Assembly: GCA_964187785.1 (NCBI GenBank) | Contig: OZ076409.1 | Span: 48,796,001-48,860,000, forward strand | DNA length: 64,000 bases | Source of the DNA: Amphiscolops sp. MND2022 | Lineage: Eukaryota | Reading direction: 5' to 3' | Shown: piece by piece, positions 51,901 to 63,983 of the stretch | How the letters are laid out: the number at the start of each line of letters is the position of its first letter | Position numbering within the stretch: position 1 is the stretch's first letter | Translations under genes and position numbers: made by a program | The notes under the pieces: generated by a model | Told to the model about the DNA's origin: nothing | Database searches by the model: none | What the model saw: only the letters and a program-made list of their open reading frames with translations

Positions 51901-54900
51901 TTTTTTTAAACGTTTCAGTGGATTTTATAGATTGCAACGTTGATAAAGGTCAACAAGGACAAAATGTGTTGTCCAGTAGGCTTTTTGGAGGAATTAATTA
52001 CAGTTTTTCTAAGTGACAATGTCTCAAATTGACACCGGAAAAAAAACAAAATCTCAAAGATTTCGAATTTCTAAAGTTTTTATGCAGTTTTTTTCTAAAA
52101 TTTCGATAGATTTTATGGATTGGAACGTTGAAAAGGGTCAACAAGGCACAAAAGTGTTGTCCAGTAGGCTTTTGGGAACAGTTTTTTGTTGTTTTTTTAG
52201 TGGCAATGTCTCAAATTGACACCGAAAATGACAAAAAACCCAAAACTCTCCAATTTTTTAAAGTTTTTATGCATTTTTTGATAAAATTTCGACAGTCTTC
52301 TTGGATTCGAAAGTTTTAAAGGGTCAGAAAGAAACATTTTGTTGTCCGGTAGGCTTTTTCGAAGGGATAATTGCCGTTTTGTAAATGAAAAAATCTCAAA
52401 TTGACACCGAAAATGACAAAAACCCTACAATTTTCCAAATTTCAAAGCTTTTTTGCATTTTTTCCCAAATTTTTGACAGACTAAATGGATTGGAACGTTA
52501 AAAAGGGTCAATAAGGCACCAATGTGTTGTCCAGTCGGCTTTTCGGAACAGTTTTTTGTTGTTTTTTTTAGTCACAATGTCTCAAATTGACACCGAAAAT
52601 GAGAAAAAAACCCAAAACTCTCCAATTCTCAAAGTTTTTAAGCAGTTTTGTTAAAGTTTTGACAGTCTTCTTGGATTGAACTGTTTTAAAGGGTCAAAAA
52701 GAAACAATTCGTTGTCCGGTAGTCTTTAATGAAGAGATAGTTGCAATGTTCTAAATGAAAATGTCTCAAATTGACACCAAAAATGACAAAAACCTCAAAA
52801 TTTTAGAATTTCCAAAGATTTCATGCCGTTTTTCTTCCAAAATTTCAATGGATTTTAGAGGTTGGAACGTTGGAAAGGGTCAACAATGAAAAATGTGTTG
52901 TACAGTAGGCTTTTCTGAACAGCATTTTGCTGTTTGTTTGGTGACATTGTCTCAAATTGACACCAAAAATGACAAAAAACCTAAAATTTCCCAATTTTCA
53001 AAGCTTTTCTCCATTTTTTGTTGAAGTTTCGACAGTCTTCTTGGATTGAACTGTTTAAAGGGATCGAAAAGAAACATTTCGTTGTCCAGTAGTCCTTAAT
53101 GAAGAGATAGTTGCAATGTTTGGATTGAAAATGTCTCAAATTGACACCGAAAAAAAACAAAATCTCAAAATTTTCGAATTTCTAAAGATTTCATGCCGTT
53201 TTTTTTCCAAAATTTCAATGGATTTTATAGGTTGGAACGTTGAAAAGGGTCAACAATGAAAACATGTGTTGTACAGTAGGCTTTTCTGAACAGCTTTTTG
53301 CTGTTTGTTTGGTGACATTGTCTCAAATTGACACCAAAAATGACAAAAAACCTAAAATTTCCCAATTTTCAAAGCTTTTCTCCATTTTTTGTTGAAGTTT
53401 CGACAGTCTTCTTGGATTGAACTGTTTTAAGGGATCAAAAAGAAACATTTCGTTGCCCAGTAGTTCTTAATGAAGAGATAGTTGCAATGTTTGGATTGAA
53501 AATGTCTCAAATTGACACCAAAAAAAACAAAATCTCAAAATTTTCGAATTTCTAAAGATTTTATGCAGTTTTTTTCTAAAATTTCGATAGATAGACAAAA
53601 AACCCAAAACTCTCCAATTCTCAATGTTTTTAGGCAGTTTTGTTAAAGTTTTGACAGTCTTCTTGGATTGAACTGTTTTAAAGGGTCAAAAAGAAACAAT
53701 TCGTTGTCCGGTAGTCTTTAATGAAGAGATAGTTGCAATGTTCTAAATGAAAATGTCTCAAATTGACACCAAAAATGACAAAAATCTCAAAATTTTAGAA
53801 TTTCCAAAGATTTCATACCGTTTTTCTTCCAAAATTTCAATGGATTTTATGGGTTGGAACGTTGGAAAGGGTCAACAATGAAAAAATGTGTTGTACAGTA
53901 GGCTTTTCTGAACAGCTTTTTGCTGTTTGTTTGGTGACATTGTCTCAAATTGACACCAAAAATGACAAAAAACCTAAAATTTCCCAATTTTCAAAGCTTT
54001 TCTCCATTTTTTGTTGAAGTTTCGACAGTCTTCTTGGATTGAACTGTTTAAAGGGATCGAAAAGAAACATTTCGTTGTCCAGTAGTCCTTAATGAAGAGA
54101 TAGTTGCAATGTTTGGATTGAAAATGTCTCAAATTGACACCGAAAAAAAACAAAATCTCAAAAAGTTCGAATTTCTAAAGATTTCATGCCGTTTTTTTCC
54201 AAAATTTCAATGGATTTTATAGGTTGGAACGTTGAAAAGGGTCAACAATGAAAACATGTGTTGTACAGTAGGCTTTTCTGAACAGCTTTTTGCTGTTTGT
54301 TTGGTGACATTGTCTCAAATTGACACCAAAAATAACAAAAAACCTAAAATTTCCCAATTTTCAAAGCTTTTCTCCATTTTTTGTGGAAGTTTCGACAGTC
54401 TTCTTGGATTGAACTGTTTTAAGGGATCAAAAAGAAACATTTCGTTGCCCAGTAGTCCTTAATGAAGAGATAGTTGCAATGTTTGGATTGAAAATGTCTC
54501 AAATTGACACCAAAAAAAAAACAAAATCTCAAAATTTTTGAATTTCTAAAGATTTTATGCAGTTTTTTTCTAAAATTTCGATAGATTTTATGGATTGGAA
54601 CGTTGAAAAGGATCAACAAGGGACAAATGTGTTGTCCAGTAGGCTTTTGGGAACAGTTTTTTGTTGTTTTTTTAGTGGCAATGTCTCAAATTGACACCGA
54701 AAATGACAAAAAACCCAAAACTCTCCAATTTTTTAAAGTTTTTATGCATTTTTTGATAAAATTTCGACAGTCTTCTTGGATTCAAAAGTTTTAAAGGGTC
54801 AGAAAAAAACATTTCGTTGTCCGGTAGGCTTTTTCGAAGAGATAATTGCCGTTTTGTAAATGAAAAAAATCTCAAATTGACACCGAAAATGACAAAAACC

Positions 54901-57900
54901 CTACCATTTTCCAAACTTCAAAGATTTTATGCATTTTTTTCCCAAATTTTCGACAGACTTAATGGATTGGAACATTGAAAAGGGTCAACAAGGAAAGAAC
55001 GTGTTGTCCAGTAGGCTTTTCCGAAGAGTTTATTTTAGTTTCCTTTTTGAAAATGTCCTAAATTATCAACGAAAATGACAAAAACCCAAAAAGTTTCTAA
55101 TTTTCAAAGTTTTTGGGGCATTTTTGTTAAAGTTTCGACAGTCTTCTTGGATTGAAATGTTTTAAGGGATCAAAAAGAAACATTTTGTTGCCCAGTAGTC
55201 CTTAATGAAGAGATAGTTGCAATGTTTGGATTGAAAATGTCTCAAATTGACACCAAAAAAAACAAAATCTCAAAATTTTCGAATTTCTAAAGATTTTATG
55301 CAGTTTTTTTCTAAAATTTTGATAGATTTTATGGATTGGAACGTTAAAAAGGATCAACAAGGGACAAATGTGTTGTCCAGTAGGCTTTTGGGAACAGTTT
55401 TGTGTTGTTTTTTTAGTGGCAATGTCTCAAATTGACACCGAAAATGACAAAAAACCCAAAACTCTCCAATTTTTTAAAGTTTTCATGCATTTTTTGATAA
55501 AATTTCGACAGTCTTCTTAGATTCGAAAGTTTTGAAGGGTCAGAAAGAAACATTTCGTTGTCCGATAGGCTTTTTCGAAGAGATAATTGCCGTTTTGTAA
55601 ATGAAAAAAAAATCTCAAATTGACACCGAAAATGACAAAAACCCTACCATTTTCCAAACTTCAAAGATTTTATGCATTTTTTTCCCAAATTTTCGACAGA
55701 CTTAATGGATTGGAACATTGAAAAGGGTCAACAAGGAAAGAACGTGTTGTCCAGTAGGCTTTTCCGAAGAGTTTATTTTAGTTTCCTTTTTGAAAATGTC
55801 CTAAATTATCAACGAAAATGACAAAAACCCAAAAAGTTTCTAATTTTCAAAGTTTTTGGGGCATTTTTGTTAAAGTTTCGACAGTCTTCTTGGATTGAAA
55901 TGTTTTAAGGGATCAAAAAGAAACATTTCGTTGCCCATTAGTCCTTAATGAAGAGATAGTTGCAATGTTTGGATTGAAAATGTCTCAAATTGACACCAAA
56001 AAAAAACAAAATCTCAAAATTTTCGAATTTCTAAAGATTTTATGCAGTTTTTTTCTAAAATTTTGATAGATTTTATGGATTGGAACGTTAAAAAGGATCA
56101 ACAAGGGACAAATGTGTTGTCCAGTAGGCTTTTGGGAACAGTTTTATGTTGTTTTTTTAGTGGCAATGTCTCAAATTGACACCGAAAATGACAAAAAACC
56201 CAAAACTCTCCAATTTTTAAAAGTTTTTATGCATTTTTTGATAAAATTTCGACAGTCTTCTTAGATTCGAAAGATTTGAAGGGTCAGAAAGAAACATTTC
56301 GTTGTCCGATAGGCTTTTTCGAAGAGATAATTGCCGTTTTGTAAATGAAAAAAAATCTCAAATTGACACCGAAAATGACAAAAACCCTACCATTTTCCAA
56401 ACTTCAAAGATTTTATGCATTTTTTTCCCAAATTTTCGACAGACTTAATAGATTGGAACATTGAAAAACGTCAACAAGGAAAGAACGTGTTGTCCAGTAG
56501 GCTTTTCCGAAGAGTTTATTTTAGTTTCCTTTTTGAAAATGTCCTAAATTATCAACGAAAATGACAAAAACCCAAAAAGTTTCTAATTTTCAAAGTTTTT
56601 GGGGCATTTTTGTTAAAGTTTCGACAGTCTTCTTGGATTGAAATGTTTTAAGGGATCAAAAAGAAACATTTCGTTGCCCAGTAGTCCTTAATGAAGAGAT
56701 AGTTGCAATGTTTGGATTGAAAATGTCTCAAATTGACACCAAAAAAAAACAAAATCTCAAAATTTTCGAATTTCTAAAGATTTTATGCAGTTTTTTTCTA
56801 AAATTTTGATAGATTTTATGGATTGGAACGTTAAAAAGGATCAACAAGGGACAAATGTGTTGTCCAGTAGGCTTTTGGGAACAGTTTTATGTTGTTTTTT
56901 TAGTGGCAATGTCTCAAATTGACACCAAAAATGACAAAAAACCCAAAACTCTCCAATTTTTTAAAGTTTTTATGCATTTTTTGATAAAATTTCGACAGTC
57001 TTCTTGGATTCGAAAGTTTTAAAGGGTCAGAAAGAAACATTTCGTTGTCCGATAGGCTTTTTCGAAGAGATAATTGCCGTTTTGTAAATGAAAAAAATCT
57101 CAAATTGACACCGAAAATGACAAAAACCCTACCATTTTCCAAACTTCAAAGATTTTATGCATTTTTTCCCAAATTTTTGACAGATTTAATGGATTGGAAC
57201 ATTGAGAAGGGTCAACAAGGAAAGCACGTGTTGTCCAGTAGGCTTTTCCGAAGAGTTTATTTTAGTTTATTTTTTGAAAATGTCCTAAATTATCAACGAA
57301 AATGACAAAAACACATAAAGTTTCTAATTTTCAAAGTTTTTGGGGCATTTTTGTTAAAGTTTCGACAGTCTTCTTGGATTGAAATATTTACAGGGTCTAC
57401 AAAAAAACAATTTGTTGTCCAGTAGTTTTGATGAAGAGATAGTTGCAAAATTCTGAATGAAAACGTCTCAAATTGACACCGAAAATGACAAAAACCTAAA
57501 ATTTCCCAATTTTCAAAGATTTTATGCATTTTTTGTTTGTTGAAGTTTCGACAGTCTCCTTAGATTGAACTGTTTTAAAGGGTCAAAAAGAAACAATTCT
57601 TTGTCCAGTAGTCTTTAATGAAGAGATAGTTGCAATGTTTTGATTGAAATTGTCTCAAATTGACACCGAAAACGACAAAAATCACGAAATTTTCCAAATT
57701 CCAAAGATTTTATGCCGCTTTTTTTCCAAAATTTCGGTAGATTTTATAGGTTGGAACGTTGAAAAGGGTCAAAAATGAAAACCTGTGTTGTCCAGTAGGC
57801 TTTTCTGAACAGTTTTCTGCAATTTGTTTGGTGACAATGTCTCAAATTGACTCCGAAAATGACAAAAACCCAAAATTTTCCGATTTTCAAAGTTTTTACG

Positions 57901-60198
57901 CATTATTTGATAAAGTTCCGACAGTCTTCTTGTTTTGAAATGTTTGATAGGGTCAAAAAAAACAATTTGTTGTCCAGTAGTCTTTAATGAAGAAAAAGTG
58001 TCAATGTTTTGATTGAAAATGTCTCAAATTGACACCGAAATGAACGAAATCTCAAAACTTTCGAATTTCTAAGGATTTTATGCAGTTTTTTCTAAAATTT
58101 CGATAGATTTTATGGATTGAAACGTTGAAAAGGGTCAACAAGGCACGAATGTGTTGTCCAGTAGGCTTTTCGGAACAGTTTTTTGCAGTTTTTTTAGTGA
58201 CAATGTCTCAAATTGACACCGAAAATGACAAAAAACACAAAACTCTCCAATTTTCAAAGTTTTTATACATTTTTTGATAAAGTTTCGACAGTCTTCGTGG
58301 ATTCGAAAGTTTCAAAGAGTCAAAAAGAAACATTTCGTTGTCCAGTAGGCTCCTTCGAAGAGATAATTGCCGTGTTGTAAATGAAAAAAACTCAAATTGA
58401 AACCGAAAATGACAAAAACCCTACCATTTTCCAAATTTCAAAGCTTTTTTATAATTTTTTTCCAAATTTTTGACAGACTTAATGGATTGGAACATTGAAA
58501 AGGGTCAACAAGGAAAAAACGTGTTGTCCAGTAGGCTTTTCCAAAGAGTTTTTTTAGTTTCCGTTTTGAAATGTCCTAAATTATCAACGAAAACGACGAA
58601 AACCCAAAAAGTTTCTAATTTTCAACGTTTTTAAGCATTTTTGTTAAAGTTTCGACAGTCTTCTTGGATTGAAATGTTTTACAGGGTCAACAAAAAAACA
58701 ATTTGTTGTCTAGTAGTCTTTAATGAAGAGATAGTGGCAAAATTCGAATGAAAATGTTTCAAATTGACACCGAAAGTGACAAAAACTCAAAATTTTCCGA
58801 TTTTCAAAGTTTTTACGCATTTTTTGATAAAGTTCCGACAGTCTTCTTGTTTTGAAATGTTTGATAATGTCAAAAAGAAACACTTTGTTGTCCAGTAGTC
58901 TTTAATGAAGAAAAAGTTGCAATGTCATGAATGAAAATGTCTCAAATTGACACCGAAATAATATCTCAAAATTTTCGAAGTTCTTAGGATTTTATGCAGT
59001 TTTCTCTAAAATTTCGATGAATTTTATGGATTGGAACATTGAAACAGGTCAACAAGGAAAAAATGTGTTGTCCAGAAGGCTGTTTGTAACAGTTTTTTGC
59101 TGTTTTTCTAGTGACAATGTCTCAAATTGACACCGAAAATGACAAAAAACCCAAAACTCCAATTTTCAAAGTTTTTATGCATTTTTTGATAAAATTTCGA
59201 CAGTCTTCGTGAATTCGAAAGTTTTAAGAGGTCAGAAAGAAACATTTCGTTGTCCAGTAGGCTCCTTTGAAGAGATAATTGCCGTGTTGTATATGAAAAA
59301 ATCTCAAATTGAGACCGAAAATGACAAAAACCCTACCATTTTCCAAATTTCAAAGATTTTATGCAGTTTTTTTCCAAATTTTCGACGGACCTAATGGATT
59401 GGAACGTTGAAAAGGGTCAACAAGGAAAAAGCGTGTGGTCCAGTAGGCTTTTCCGAAGAGTTTTGTTTAGTTTCCGTTTTGAAAATGTCTTAAATTATCA
59501 ACGAAAGTGACAAAAACCCGAAAAGTTTCTAATTTTCAAAGTTTTTAAGCATTTTTATTAAACTTTCGAAAGTCTTCTTGGATTGAAATGTTTTACAGGG
59601 TCAACAAAAAAACAATTTGTTGTCCAGTAGTCTTTAATGAAGAGATAGTGGCAAAATTCGAATGAAAATATTTCAAATTGACACCGAAAATGACAAAAAC
59701 ACAAAATTTTCCGATTTTCAAAGTTTTTACGCATTTTTTGATAAAGTTCCGACAGTCTTCTTGTTTTGAAATGTTTGATAGGGTCAAAAAGAAACAATTT
59801 GTTGTCCAGTACTTTTTAAGGAAGAAAAAGTTGCAATGTTTTGATTGAAAATGTCTCAAATTGACACCGAAATGAACGAAATCTCAAAATTTTCGAATTT
59901 CTAAGGATTTTATGCAGTTTTTTCGAAAATTTCGATAGATTTTATGGATTGGAACGTTGAAAAGGGTCAACAAGGCACGAATGTGTTGTCCAGTAGGCTT
60001 TTTGGAACAGTTTTTTGCTGTTTTTTTAGTGACAATGTCTCAAATTGACACCGAAAATGACAAAAAACCCAAAACTCTCCAATTTTCAAAGTTTTTATAC
60101 ATTTTTTGATAAAGTTTCGACAGTCTTCGTGGATTTGAAAGTTTCAAAGGGTCAAAAAGAAACATTTCGTTGTCCAGTAGGCTCCTTCGAAGAGATCA
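15940..60198 (+). repeat. ~185-bp monomer satellite array (about 44 kb, about 240 monomers) with higher-order repeats
   Basis: Anchor AAATTGACACC(G/A)AAAATGACAAAAA recurs about every 185 bp in one orientation throughout. Near-identical spurious ORFs recur at 735-741, ~1110, 1475, 1672, 2228 and 2923 bp spacings. Confidence 0.98.
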
Positions 60199-60214
60199 TT
60201 ACGATACACGTACC

Positions 60215-60510
60215 GGTAAGCTTCTGTCAGTCAAGCTGCGTAATCTGAGTAAAATGGTAAAATGGTCATTCAGCGTAAGTTAGTCAAGACGGTCTCAGCT
60301 TCAACGGTGTAGCAAAATCAACGCGCGTAATGGAAAATTGTGCAAGTTAGTCAAAACACGTAATTAGAAAAAAGCGGAAGTTAGTCCAAAAATACTCTTT
60401 TTCGTAAGTCAGTCAAAACGTTGACTAACTTCCACTTTTTGCAAATTGAGGGACTCCTATACTTCCGAAAAGTGGAATGTGGTCAAAGTTTTGACTAACT
60501 TACACCATGT
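60215..60510. mobile_element. Decayed MITE-like element with repeated AAGTTAGTCAA motif
   Basis: Direct copies near 60277, 60344, 60378 and 60406, then inverted copies (TTGACTAACTT) at 60421 and ~60491; it abuts the abrupt end of the satellite. Confidence 0.5.
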
Positions 60511-61263
60511 TTATATGCATTCAAAACTCAGTGTTCATTTTAATTCTAATTCATACCACATCATCATAAACCAGTCAAAGTAAACAATGATTCAATAAAT
60601 AATTAGTTATCATTACTGAGCTCTACCGTGCATAGTACGTAAAAACTGCATTCAATGCAAGTTGCACACGTGAACACGTGTGTTTCATCCACGCATTTAC
60701 GTGCAAATAAAATACCTTGTAGCTTCTAATTAGTACAATTGATTGATCTGTCAACAGGTTTCCTATTTTAACAAAACAATTTCAAAGCAGCCCTCATTAA
60801 TAGTTGCCTAACTAATTTTAATTTTGGTCCCTGTCGTGAGCACAGTCACCGGAATGATTGGTTAACTTGTTATTTTGGTCTGGGTATTTTGAGCCAGGGT
60901 ATTGGCAAGGATCTATTTTGATCCCTGTCGTGAGCAACATCAAGAAAAGTTGTAACAAATAATCTATACGAAGTTGAAACTTTATCAAACCGAAAACAGT
61001 AGTATATGGAATACCGATCTTGAATTATTGAACTAAAAACGAAGTTTGGACCATGTGCCTTATCCTCCCTCAGATAAATACTGTTTCTTATCCAACAACA
61101 CCCCCCCATCCTTCAATTGGTCAAATGGAAAAGAGGATGAGAGAATTGATTTCAAAATTGAATTACTTTGTATCATGGTTAAGCATTAAATTGAATTGAA
61201 CGTTACATATACGGTACATGTATGTTTTAAAAGTTTATGAATGTGTGCAAAGCAGCGGCAAGT

Positions 61264-61551
61264 GGGGATGTTGGCGCGGTGGATAAGTCCATCGGATGTG
61301 ACTGTTAGTCACTGAGTACCACAGGATCGATCCCAGCCATTAGCACACTGGCGAATCGAAACATACAACTCTTACAAAGATACCCTTCATATTTGGCAGC
61401 TCATGTCTCCGAATATTCCACATTGAAGGTATCAGCACCGCTGCAACATCCTTTTTGATGAGAGGAACTCCAAGGTGTGACCTTGTTCTGTGCCGCAACT
61501 TTGTGTGCCCCACAAATGATGCAATGATGATTGCTAATGATTGCAATGATT
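61264..61551 (+). mobile_element. tRNA-derived SINE
   Basis: Pol III A-box-like TGGCGCGGTGG (61272-61282), B-box-like GGATCGATCCC (61324-61334), anticodon-arm-like GTGA-CTGTTAG-TCAC, a body repeated nearby, and an (AATGATTGC)-like simple-repeat tail (61515-61551). Confidence 0.7.
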
Positions 61552-61611
61552 AGAGATGGCGAGATACTAGTATCCAAATTCTGGCCCCCATTCCTGGCTG
61601 CCAATGATATT

Positions 61612-61730
61612 CATAAAACTCTCACAAAGACACCCTTCCTATTCGGCGTCTCATGTCGCCGAATTTTCCACATTGATGGTATTAACACCGCCGAAATATC
61701 CTTTTTGATGAGAGGAACTTTGATGGTGAA
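61612..61730 (+). repeat. Second, diverged copy of the SINE body core
   Basis: CATAAAACTCTCACAAAGACACCCTTCC...TTCCACATTGATGGTATTAACACCGCC...TTTTTGATGAGAGGAACT aligns by eye to 61362-61470. Confidence 0.8.
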
Positions 61731-61969
61731 TTCCCAAATAACATAAGAGCAAATAACATAAAAACGAAATTAGTTTCAAATAACATAAAAATGAAATGAG
61801 TTTGACTAAACATAAAAATAAAATTGTTTACGAGAAGGTTTTAGCTGTCAAAAGCATTCACAATTCAAAAGATTCACTCAAAAAAGTATGAAAATTACAA
61901 ATAAAATTTCGTGAGTTCGATTACTTAACCGGGTATTCGGTTTTATTTTTGTTATTTGAACCTAATTTT

Positions 61970-61970
<1 letters not shown>

Positions 61971-62018
<48 letters not shown>

Positions 62019-62141
62019 AAAATCCCACATTGAAGGTATCAACACCGCTGTAACATCCTTGTAGTAGTAGTATTAATAGTAGAAAATCCCACATTGAAGG
62101 TATTAACACCGCTGTAACATCCTTGTTGATGAGAGGAACTC
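61971..62141 (-). mobile_element. Probable non-LTR retroposon 3' end with (CTA)16 tail and a 64-bp tandem re-duplication
   Basis: (TAG)16 at 61971-62018 on +. AAAATCCCACATTGAAGGTAT(C/T)AACACCGCTGTAACATCCTTG at 62019 and 62083, each preceded by a TAG-type run. Confidence 0.55.
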
Positions 62142-62219
62142 TTGAATGTAAACTTCCTTAAAAAGTTTAGACTGGTCCGATTAACTGTTTAAACTGATTG
62201 ATTACACAAAAATAGTGTG

Positions 62220-62382
62220 AAGAATGTTTGTATCTCAAATTGAGATTCTCAATTCCAAACTCTCACTTTGAAAAAAATTAAATTTATGGTTTCTAGTTTG
62301 TATTCAACTTGAATACAAACTAGAAACCATCAATTTAATTTTTTTCAAAGTGAGAGTTTGGAATTGAGATACAAACATTCTT
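62220..62382. repeat. Near-perfect palindrome, 74-bp arms, 1-nt loop
   Basis: Centre GTATTCAA-C-TTGAATAC (62308); one mismatch plus a 14-bp insertion in the left arm. Confidence 0.95.
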
Positions 62383-62965
62383 TTTTTGAAATCTTCTGAT
62401 CTTTTTTTGATACCTGTCGTGAGCTTCAGCAAAAACTGTTCCGAAAAATTGTTTTTTCGATTAACTGTACTCTTTTGTACGAAAGAAAGGAAAGTAAAGA
62501 CAAGATTAAAAAGCCATTAGTTTAAAAGTAACCCGCTTTTGAGTTTTGTAAACGAACGATTTTCGTAAATCAGGGAAGTTTACAAAAGTGTAGTTCCAAA
62601 CTGAACGAACTGTTTCATTCTTTTGTTAACCATTCATCAATCAAATTTTAAGTTGTTACAGCTACTCATGGTTTTCTTTAAGGATGCGAATAAGTCCTAC
62701 CTTATAAGGTAACGAAAGTTTCACTCATCATGAGTGATGATCAGCTCTCATTTCCTTATAAGGTACGCGCTGTCCCATTTCTGTGAAAAAGCTACCTTAT
62801 TACCTTATTTGGTCAATACGGTGATTCATCGTTGACGAACAAGCGTGCGCGTACTACCTTATTTGGTCAGTAAGCGCCTGCTTTAAAGTATTTCAAGTTT
62901 GATCGCGGTAAAATTCCAATTAAATTGGCGGTTATCAGATCTTCTCGAAGAGACCAATTTCCCTT

Positions 62966-63331
62966 ATGAGTAGGCATTGGATTTATTTGGAAATTACAGT
63001 AGTAGCAGAAGCATACAATAAAATATGGATACCATTTGGTTGATGGCTAGACAATACGGAAAAAAATACGGAAGAAGCGTTGAATATGTGAAAGTAAAAA
63101 CAGTCTTTACTTCTGAGTCAGAAATAAATACTGTTTTTATTTTCACATATTCAACGCTTCTTCCGTATTCTGAGAAGTACTGAGATTAGTGATTGTTAAT
63201 CGTGTCGCTTCTCAGAAACGTCAATTTAGCTAAGTATTGAATAATTTCTATCAAAATAGATATAAACTTATGTAAGGCGAAATATGGAGAAACATGACAT
63301 TTGGATACAAATAAATCCTAAGCCTACTCAT
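62966..63331. mobile_element. MITE-like element with 24-bp terminal inverted repeats
   Basis: ATGAGTAGGCATTGGATTTATTTG (62966-62989) versus CAAATAAATCCTAAGCCTACTCAT (63308-63331), 22/24 match. Confidence 0.6.
63065..63169. repeat. Near-perfect palindrome, 52-bp arms, 1-nt loop
   Basis: Centre TTCTGA-G-TCAGAA (63117); 49/52 positions pair. Confidence 0.95.
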
Positions 63332-63869
63332 GATTGTTCGCTATGGATGAATCAAATGAAGATGTTTGGAATTTGGCAGTCAGAATTTGTAACAGACAGC
63401 AATATCATTGACTTGTTGGTAAATATGAACGCCAATGCGAATTCTAAAATTGATGATTGACACTTCAATAGTGATTCTTTCTCACCACTGTTACAATACG
63501 CTTCTGACAGCAGAAAGTGGTTCGCAATACTAGCCCCGAGAAGAAAAGTTTAGCTCCGAAATTTATCATTACTAGAAAAGCAAAACGGTTGACCGTTGAA
63601 TCCTCTCCCTTTACAGAAGTTTCAACAGTGTTAGTAGGTAAGATATTGATAGTTTTGTTTCCTTTCCGTAGTATTCAGCTATCTAAAAATTTATTCTCTT
63701 CACTAAAAGCTTTAAATATAGTATATCTTCAAACAAACGCCGGTTTCACCTCCTTTGGAAAAACGAATAATTCTTCTATATTGAATCTGAATCAGTTACT
63801 AAGGAACTGGATATAAGTTGAGTCGGACACTTTTCAATGTCCCTCATATTATCGTCACGGCTGTGATTA

Positions 63870-63983
63870 CGCTCACGGCAGGGACCAAAGTTCAGAAATT
63901 CGATTGAGAGTAAAAACATTTATGGTAAACAAGGTAACTCAGTAAACAAACAAAATCCTGAAATTTGGTCCCTGTCGTGAGCG
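63870..63983. mobile_element. 114-bp MITE-like element with 31-bp TIRs; solo TIR copies at 60825, 60919 and 62408
   Basis: CGCTCACGGCAGGGACCAAAGTTCAGAAATT versus AAATCCTGAAATTTGGTCCCTGTCGTGAGCG (27/31). The TGGTCCCTGTCGTGAGC-like motif occurs five times in 3.2 kb. Confidence 0.65.

Noticed and set aside
15887..60248. Dozens of 60-115 aa ORFs (MSQIDTENDK..., MKFWKKNC...)
   Set aside because: Chance open frames in the 185-bp satellite on both strands, broken by homopolymer indels.
61264..61345. Functional tRNA gene (GTT anticodon-like loop)
   Set aside because: Acceptor and T stems do not pair, spacing is off, the B box is mutated, and it runs into a repeat body, so it is a SINE head.
61921..62109. 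Poly-Thr ORF with signal-like N-terminus
   Set aside because: Translation of the (TAG)n microsatellite and adjacent repeat.
63517..63816. 99-aa plus-strand ORF
   Set aside because: GTG start, no recognisable motif, and it lies among transposon debris.
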